Positions 63,701-64,000 of a stretch of DNA of 64,000 nucleotides are shown here, one piece after another (positions within the stretch are counted from its first letter, which is position 1; every line of letters begins with the position of its first letter). The DNA lies in the NCBI GenBank assembly GCA_965285935.1, contig OZ260664.1:66278001-66342000 (forward strand), given 5' to 3'. The notes under the pieces were generated by a model that was given only the letters and a program-made list of their open reading frames with translations, was not told the origin of the DNA and searched no databases. The DNA comes from Ophelia neglecta (Eukaryota). A program made the position numbers and the translations under genes.

Positions 63701-64000
63701 TATATTTAAATATGTTAATGAGAAGCATAAAGGCCTCGGATGTTGTGAATGGGGATTCCCCCACACGCTGTGTTTGGTTAGTTACAATATCAGAGCCTGG
63801 ATGTTTTAAGGTCACGGCCACTGCAGCGATCTGCCGCGGTGAAATTCATTTCTGCGGACAGTTACAGCGCTTAATTGCAGTATTGCCATGATTTTCTCAT
63901 AATTTTTATTGACATTGTATTACAGCAATGTACGTGAAAGGGTACACAAATCACATGACAAAAACATGGCATCTACGCACAGCTCACAGGTTAATCACGA

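Overview
Animal genomic DNA with GT-AG introns and a CpG-depleted background. The repeat repertoire suggests a lophotrochozoan or mollusc-like invertebrate (inference). Two spliced genes lie in tandem on the minus strand. (1) RPF2 (Brix-domain ribosome production factor 2): nine coding exons from 57748 down to the stop at 47499 join in frame, but the short first coding exon could not be placed confidently. (2) TULP4 (tubby-like protein 4, WD40 + SOCS box): eleven coding exons from the ATG at 42224 run off the left edge (898 codons in the window; the C-terminal tubby domain is outside), with a probable uORF-rich non-coding first exon near 44695-44900. Most entries in the ORF track are spurious or are exon fragments. 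The RPF2 introns and upstream region hold many structurally intact non-autonomous elements: a 3.3-kb Helentron/DINE-1-type element with internal repeats carrying NRF1- and CTCF-like motifs, a 1.76-kb hAT-like element with an unusual 6-bp TSD and a leftover spliced transposase tail, a pogo-like MITE, and a probable solo LTR whose minisatellite is interrupted by an 8-bp-TSD hAT element. TULP4 intron 1 carries a 45/27-bp composite minisatellite. I see no convincing wholly new biological system. The best leads are the transposon architectures and possible TE contributions to the 5' end of RPF2.
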